Shown one piece after another: positions 59,323 to 64,000 of a stretch of DNA of 64,000 bases. The notes beneath the pieces were generated by a model. It did not search any database. It was not told the origin of the DNA and saw nothing but the letters and a program-made list of their open reading frames with translations. Every line of letters starts with the position of its first letter. Positions within the stretch are counted from its first letter, which is position 1. Origin of the DNA: an uncultured delta proteobacterium (lineage in GTDB: Bacteria > Myxococcota_A > Polyangia > Fen-1088); assembly GCA_963755125.1 (NCBI GenBank), contig CAVWIP010000012.1, forward strand, positions 96,001-160,000, written 5' to 3'. A program made the position numbers and the translations under genes.

Positions 59323-60657
59323 CTATCCAGCTCGGTACAGGCGCCACAGCCACGCCGGCCCGAGTGATTCTTGCAGCGCGACGGCAGTCAGGGTCACGAA
59401 GAAGAGGAGCCGAACCGCGTAGACGATCTGGCGCCTCGCCGGCGCGCCAATCCACGACATCGAAATCAACAGGTGCCACGCGCAGAACTCGCGCAGACTG
59501 AAAATGGTGAGGCCAAGCCAGGCAAGGACCGCCACGTCCAGCCAGGCCCGTGACCACAAGAGCATACCGCCGCAGAACACGAGCAGGGCGGCCACGTTCC
59601 AGGCCATCGGAACGTTCAACCCTGGCGACGACAGGAGCAGCGGATTGGTAACGCCGGATTGACGCAAGCCGGGCAAGTCCAGCCAAAACGCGTACAGCGA
59701 GGCTGCCGCACAGCCAGCCGCCACGGCCAGCGCCGGCAGATCCCGCCAGGTCCAGCGTTTCCACGCCCGATCCTTCAGCAGCAGGAACACGCCATAAAGC
59801 ACCCATGGCGCCAGAAAGAACGCCCGGAAATGTACGAAGGCCGCCACGCAGTACGCGACAATGGCAGCCAGGCTGCGCCGTTGGCCCAAGTAGCGCGCGC
59901 ACAGGGCCAGGGGGACCATGGCGGCGCAGTCGTAGAACCCTTCGAGCGACCAGTGCATCATGCACGAATAGAGGAACGACACACCCAGCCACTCGACACC
60001 CGATCGCGGTCCTTCGAAGTACGACAGCAGGAAGCAAAACAGGGCGACGTGGGCGGCCAGGATGAACCACCCAAAGAGCAGCCGGCAGGCGGTTTTGAGG
60101 GAGATCGGTGTAAAGTGGTAGATGGCCGCGATTGGTGCGAAGAAGAGTACGTCACCCGGCGGGTACATTCGCGACTTGTGCGACCAATTGGTGGCCAGGG
60201 GTTTCGTCTCGGGCCATCCAGGAACGAAATACACACCATCCGACGGGACGCCTGGTACGCGCACATCCGCCGGCAAGCGCGCCAATTCGGCGGCGGTCAG
60301 TGGACGGAACATTTCGTGGATCGGTTTCCTCCACAGATCCGGGCCGACGCGCGTGAAGACCCGGGCTGTGTTCATATGTGAAAAATGGTCGGTCCACGCG
60401 CCGTTGGACAGATCGCCCCACGGGTGGTCGAATGTGCGGGCGCCATTCCAGACCGACCACAGGACCAGGGAGACCAGGGTGATGGTCAGGGCCTTGCGCC
60501 GCGGGGATGGATCATCGAGGCACAGCAAACGGCGCAACGGTTTCCACAGCCCTGCCAATGGTTGAAGAAGTGCTCGGAGGCGACCGACCTGCGACACGAC
60601 TGTCGTGGTAACAGCCCCGGGCAGTCTATTGCCTCTTGTTTTCCTTGGGAAAAGCAT
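59323..60657 (-). CDS. polytopic membrane protein, possible GT-C fold
   Basis: First TM, loop with WTDHFSH and YPPG, then many TMs; start uncertain. Confidence 0.6.
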   Translation of the reverse strand: MLFPRKTRGNRLPGAVTTTVVSQVGRLRALLQPLAGLWKPLRRLLCLDDPSPRRKALTITLVSLVLWSVWNGARTFDHPWGDLSNGAWTDHFSHMNTARVFTRVGPDLWRKPIHEMFRPLTAAELARLPADVRVPGVPSDGVYFVPGWPETKPLATNWSHKSRMYPPGDVLFFAPIAAIYHFTPISLKTACRLLFGWFILAAHVALFCFLLSYFEGPRSGVEWLGVSFLYSCMMHWSLEGFYDCAAMVPLALCARYLGQRRSLAAIVAYCVAAFVHFRAFFLAPWVLYGVFLLLKDRAWKRWTWRDLPALAVAAGCAAASLYAFWLDLPGLRQSGVTNPLLLSSPGLNVPMAWNVAALLVFCGGMLLWSRAWLDVAVLAWLGLTIFSLREFCAWHLLISMSWIGAPARRQIVYAVRLLFFVTLTAVALQESLGPAWLWRLYRAG

Positions 60658-60777
60658 GATTTGACGTGCGTTCCAGCAAACCGCGAGCCAGTCGTCGCTG
60701 CCGAGGGACAACCTCCACGATGCACCCGGTCCGAACACGCGTCGAGAAACCCGAGCAACGCGCATTCAGTGGTCGGG

Positions 60778-62286
60778 TCAGCGGCTGCGTTCGAGCACCA
60801 CGATGGCATGCCGGTCGAACTTCGGTACGAAACCAGCCCGCCGGGCTTGAGAGTCGACCGACGAGCCCTTGCCGGCCAGCACGTGCGAAAAGAGGCGATT
60901 GGACAGGAGCTCGGGCTCGTACTTGACCTGGGGCAGATCGCGGCCGAACCACACGGTGGCGCCGGTGTAGAAGTGCCAATCCAACAACAGGCCGGTCGCG
61001 TTCTTCTGGCGCGCCACCCAAGCCTGACCGTCGAGGCGAGCGTGCGAAATGTCGAAGTCGAATTGTCGCAAATGGCGAGCGCCGTCCACCACCACGGCCA
61101 GCATGCCGGCGACGATGACCAGTTGCTTTGCGCGAGTGAGCCATCGCCGCAAGCGGCTTGGCGCTGCGCCACCGTTGCTGGGCGGCGCGCGCGAGAAGAG
61201 CCAATGCCCGAGCACGGTTCCCGCCGCAATCAACAGGAACGGCCAGAAGAGCAGCGCGAAGCGTTCTTCCTTGTGCGCCTGCGTGCTGATGTAGCCGAGC
61301 AGACCCGCAGCCGAAAGCACGAACGGCCAGGTGGCGCGCAAACCGCAGATGGCCGGCAAGACCAGGATGGCCAGGCCGATAGGCAAACGCGCCCAGATGC
61401 CTGCCAGGTACCAAGTCGCGGGTTCGGTGCCGAACTCCGCGGCCCGGCCCTGGATGATGTTGAACTTGATGAAGGCGAGAAAAGATCCGAAGAAATGTCC
61501 CCAGGTCAACCGATCGACGATCCCGAACAGGGCCACCGGGACCAGGGCCGTCCCCGCAAGGATGGCGAGATCCCGCCACCGGTGCCGGGCGCCGAGCCAG
61601 ATCGCGGGCAGCAAAACCAGCGCGCCGTTGACGATGCGCAGACAGACCGCGAGGGACAGCAGCGTGCCGATGACGACGGCGCGCCCCTTTCCCTCTCGCG
61701 GGTCGAGTTCGGTCTGCTCGGCGACCAGGGCAAACGCGACGATGAGGACGATCATCGAAGGCAGCTCGGTGAGCGGCTCGACCGAATACAGGGCCAGCAG
61801 GGGAAAGGTCGCCATGAGAAAAGCGGCGACGAGTCCACCTTGCCAGCCCGCGGGTGGCGCGTCGCCAACGAACCCCATGGGCGCCGGCTGATCGAACACC
61901 AGATGTCCGCACGCACAGCACGGATGACGAGGGCGAAGCTGCCGCGCGCACGAAGCCCCCGCCCGCCACGCCGCCCACACCATGAACATCGACAGCAAGC
62001 CCCAACTCAAGCGAATCATCTCGCCGATCGTGCTGCCCCGCAGGCCCAGGCTCCTTCCCAGCGCCATCCACGCCCCGTGGTAACCGGGCAGTACCCAGGA
62101 GCGCAGACCGTCGGTCCACTCCCAGGTCTTCATGCCCTCACCCGTCACGCGGGTCCAGGCTGGCTCCAGGCTCTGAAAGTAGGCGTCTGGATACAGTACC
62201 GGTCCCAGGCGCGCGGCCACGATGCGGCCCACGAAGCCCACGGCGAGCACGATGCCGAGAATGAAGCGCACGCGTCGTGCGGTCAT
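60778..62286 (-). CDS. GT22 (Alg9/PIG-B-like) mannosyltransferase
   Basis: YPDAYFQSLEPA, TWEW...GLRSW, AHKEERF motifs; ATG overlaps the upstream stop. Confidence 0.85.
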   Translation of the reverse strand: MTARRVRFILGIVLAVGFVGRIVAARLGPVLYPDAYFQSLEPAWTRVTGEGMKTWEWTDGLRSWVLPGYHGAWMALGRSLGLRGSTIGEMIRLSWGLLSMFMVWAAWRAGASCARQLRPRHPCCACGHLVFDQPAPMGFVGDAPPAGWQGGLVAAFLMATFPLLALYSVEPLTELPSMIVLIVAFALVAEQTELDPREGKGRAVVIGTLLSLAVCLRIVNGALVLLPAIWLGARHRWRDLAILAGTALVPVALFGIVDRLTWGHFFGSFLAFIKFNIIQGRAAEFGTEPATWYLAGIWARLPIGLAILVLPAICGLRATWPFVLSAAGLLGYISTQAHKEERFALLFWPFLLIAAGTVLGHWLFSRAPPSNGGAAPSRLRRWLTRAKQLVIVAGMLAVVVDGARHLRQFDFDISHARLDGQAWVARQKNATGLLLDWHFYTGATVWFGRDLPQVKYEPELLSNRLFSHVLAGKGSSVDSQARRAGFVPKFDRHAIVVLERSR

Positions 62287-62984
62287 CGTCCCCACACTTC
62301 GATTTCAAAAATACGCACAATCTGACCGGGGCGGTTGGGCACGAATCTCACGCGCACACCACGAGCGCCCGAACAGGCCAGCGCGTGCACGGCCACCGGC
62401 GCGTGATTGTCGGTCACCACCACCGGCGGCGGAACTGGCCGCGCCTGTAAGCACCACAGGCTGTATTCTTGCGAGGTGAAATCCGCTGACTCGACTGTTC
62501 CGGCGTGACGGATCACCACACTTCTGACTTGTCGCTTGCCCGACCAGAGCAGTTCCACCCAGGGATGCCTGTCGCCGGGGTCGGATGCCCATTTCTCCAC
62601 CAGGGTGGGATTCGTGCGGCCGTCGACAAGATAGCCCGGGTTGTGCTGGGAAAAGGGGTCGCGAAAGAAGGAGCTGACCCGCACGGTCGTTCCCAGACGG
62701 TACGCCACGAGATTGTGCTCCCCCGCAGGATGGGCTTCCAGGGTTGGAAACGCGACCACGGCGACCGCCTGCCTGCGCACGAACAGAAAGAAGCCCGTGC
62801 TCCAGGCAATGACCAAGACTCCCGCCAGCGCGAAAGCAACGGTCCGTCGCCGGGCCCACACCCGACCGACGACGGACACTACGGGAGCGGTCCTTTGGGC
62901 CACCGCGGAGATGACGAGCGTCAGACGCCGCAGGCGAATCGCCCAGGAAGGGGAATACCAAGTCGCGAACCGCGGGAGCAGCAC
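62283..62984 (-). CDS. membrane-anchored discoidin (F5/8 type C)-like protein
   Basis: One TM; LVDG...KWAS...PWVEL...RIFEIEVWG; start uncertain. Confidence 0.65.
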   Translation of the reverse strand: MLLPRFATWYSPSWAIRLRRLTLVISAVAQRTAPVVSVVGRVWARRRTVAFALAGVLVIAWSTGFFLFVRRQAVAVVAFPTLEAHPAGEHNLVAYRLGTTVRVSSFFRDPFSQHNPGYLVDGRTNPTLVEKWASDPGDRHPWVELLWSGKRQVRSVVIRHAGTVESADFTSQEYSLWCLQARPVPPPVVVTDNHAPVAVHALACSGARGVRVRFVPNRPGQIVRIFEIEVWGR

Positions 62985-63040
62985 AGTGAACTGCTAGCCT
63001 ATCACTTCCGTTGGCGCGGCGCTGCGCGAGCCGCCAGGAC

Positions 63041-63781
63041 CTATTTCAGCAACGCCATCGTCACCACATGCGCATCAAGGTCACACCATAGCAGGGTGAG
63101 CGAGCGCGGTGCCATTCGCGCGGCCAATACAGGTGCCAAAGCAATGTCCAGCGCGCGCCAGGCTTCGGCCAAACCTGATGGCGCGTCCATCTCGTCGCCC
63201 ACCACGATGTCGCGCGTGTCGTGACGAAGCCCGAGGCCCATGGCCTTGAGCACTGACTCTTTGGCGCTCCAGATGCGCGCGACTGTCCGGTCGGCGTCGC
63301 GGCCACCGGTCTTGCTCACGCGAGAGGCTTCGCTCTCGCTGAAAAACTGTCGCACCAGAGCCGGATCGCGAGGCTCAACGGTTTCGAGATCGGCGCCGAT
63401 GCTGGCCCCGGGCGGCAGCGCGATTGCCGCCAGGCCCCAGTCCCCACGATGCGAGATTGACAATGATAGGGGCAGGCGGCTCCCTTGCAGATCGACGTAC
63501 GGCATTCCCGACTCGTCATTGAGGACGCTGAACTGGCAACGCCAATCGTGATTCGAGCTGGGCTTTCCCATTAACCCCGCCACGAGGCCGTTGCCTTCGG
63601 CTGCCAGTTCGCCCAGCAACCGCTTGGCCGCCCAGCGGCCGAGCAGCCATTTCCGCCGGCGCGGCAACAGCGCCAACCCGGCGAGGATCGCTTCCTCGCG
63701 CGGGCTGAGCAGGCCCGGCGGCGCCTGACCCGCTGCCAGCGCGGGGTGCTCGCCGGCGTGGGCCAGGACGTGACGGAACAT
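63041..63781 (-). CDS. 4'-phosphopantetheinyl transferase (Sfp-type)
   Basis: WLLGRWAAK, G-x-P, SISH, IGADLE, WSAKESVLKAMGLG. Confidence 0.93.
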   Translation of the reverse strand: MFRHVLAHAGEHPALAAGQAPPGLLSPREEAILAGLALLPRRRKWLLGRWAAKRLLGELAAEGNGLVAGLMGKPSSNHDWRCQFSVLNDESGMPYVDLQGSRLPLSLSISHRGDWGLAAIALPPGASIGADLETVEPRDPALVRQFFSESEASRVSKTGGRDADRTVARIWSAKESVLKAMGLGLRHDTRDIVVGDEMDAPSGLAEAWRALDIALAPVLAARMAPRSLTLLWCDLDAHVVTMALLK

Positions 63782-63784
63782 CGG

Positions 63785-64000
63785 TCACCCGATGACGCCG
63801 CGGAAGCGGCCCAAAGCCTCGTCGGGCAGCCCGCCCGGGATGCGCGAGGTGCGGTAGCCCTGCACGGTCAGGTAGACCTTGCCCTCGTCGTCGCGCACCC
63901 GCGCGTCGAACGACAGCGCGTCCTCGGACGCATGCGGTTGCAGCTCGGCCACCATCGTCTTGCCGTCGGGCGCCGGATCGAACACGGTCACTCGCTCCAC
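63785..64000 (-). CDS. C-terminal end of a type I PKS / PUFA-synthase-like protein (dehydratase-like domain), partial
   Basis: FDARVRDDEGKVYLTVQGYRT resembles the end of a PKS DH hot-dog fold; 3 bp upstream of the PPTase. Confidence 0.65.
   Translation of the reverse strand: MERVTVFDPAPDGKTMVAELQPHASEDALSFDARVRDDEGKVYLTVQGYRTSRIPGGLPDEALGRFRGVIG

Overview
GC-rich chromosomal window with myxobacterial-type (Myxococcota/Polyangia-like) content, inferred from gene types such as a Cys-rich Pal, a zinc-ribbon/GYF/TPR protein and a MYXO-CTERM-like tail. No rRNA, tRNA, CRISPR array, integrase or transposase was recognised. Layout: (1) 1-14.5 kb envelope genes (epimerase, ABC exporter, cpoB-pal, DedA, DUF4159, tripartite RND pump with a palindromic operator); (2) 14.5-31.8 kb minus-strand glycosylation-like region (two TMTC-like GT-C/TPR proteins, SDR-GT2 fusion, split transketolase, radical SAM, YfhO-like); (3) a frameshifted LacI-type-sensor hybrid kinase; (4) 36.5-40.8 kb metal-uptake locus headed by a small His/Cys-rich, C-terminally proline-rich leader ORF (candidate metal-sensing ribosome-arrest peptide); (5) membrane-tethered otsA plus otsB; (6) 45.8-55.9 kb defence hotspot with intact and fragmentary toxin-antitoxin modules, a TIM-barrel gene whose 3' end is duplicated, and a type I R-M system with a frameshifted hsdR; (7) 59-64 kb PKS end, PPTase and GT22 (PIG-B/Alg9-like) cluster. 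All product calls come from motif recognition by eye; no database searches were run.
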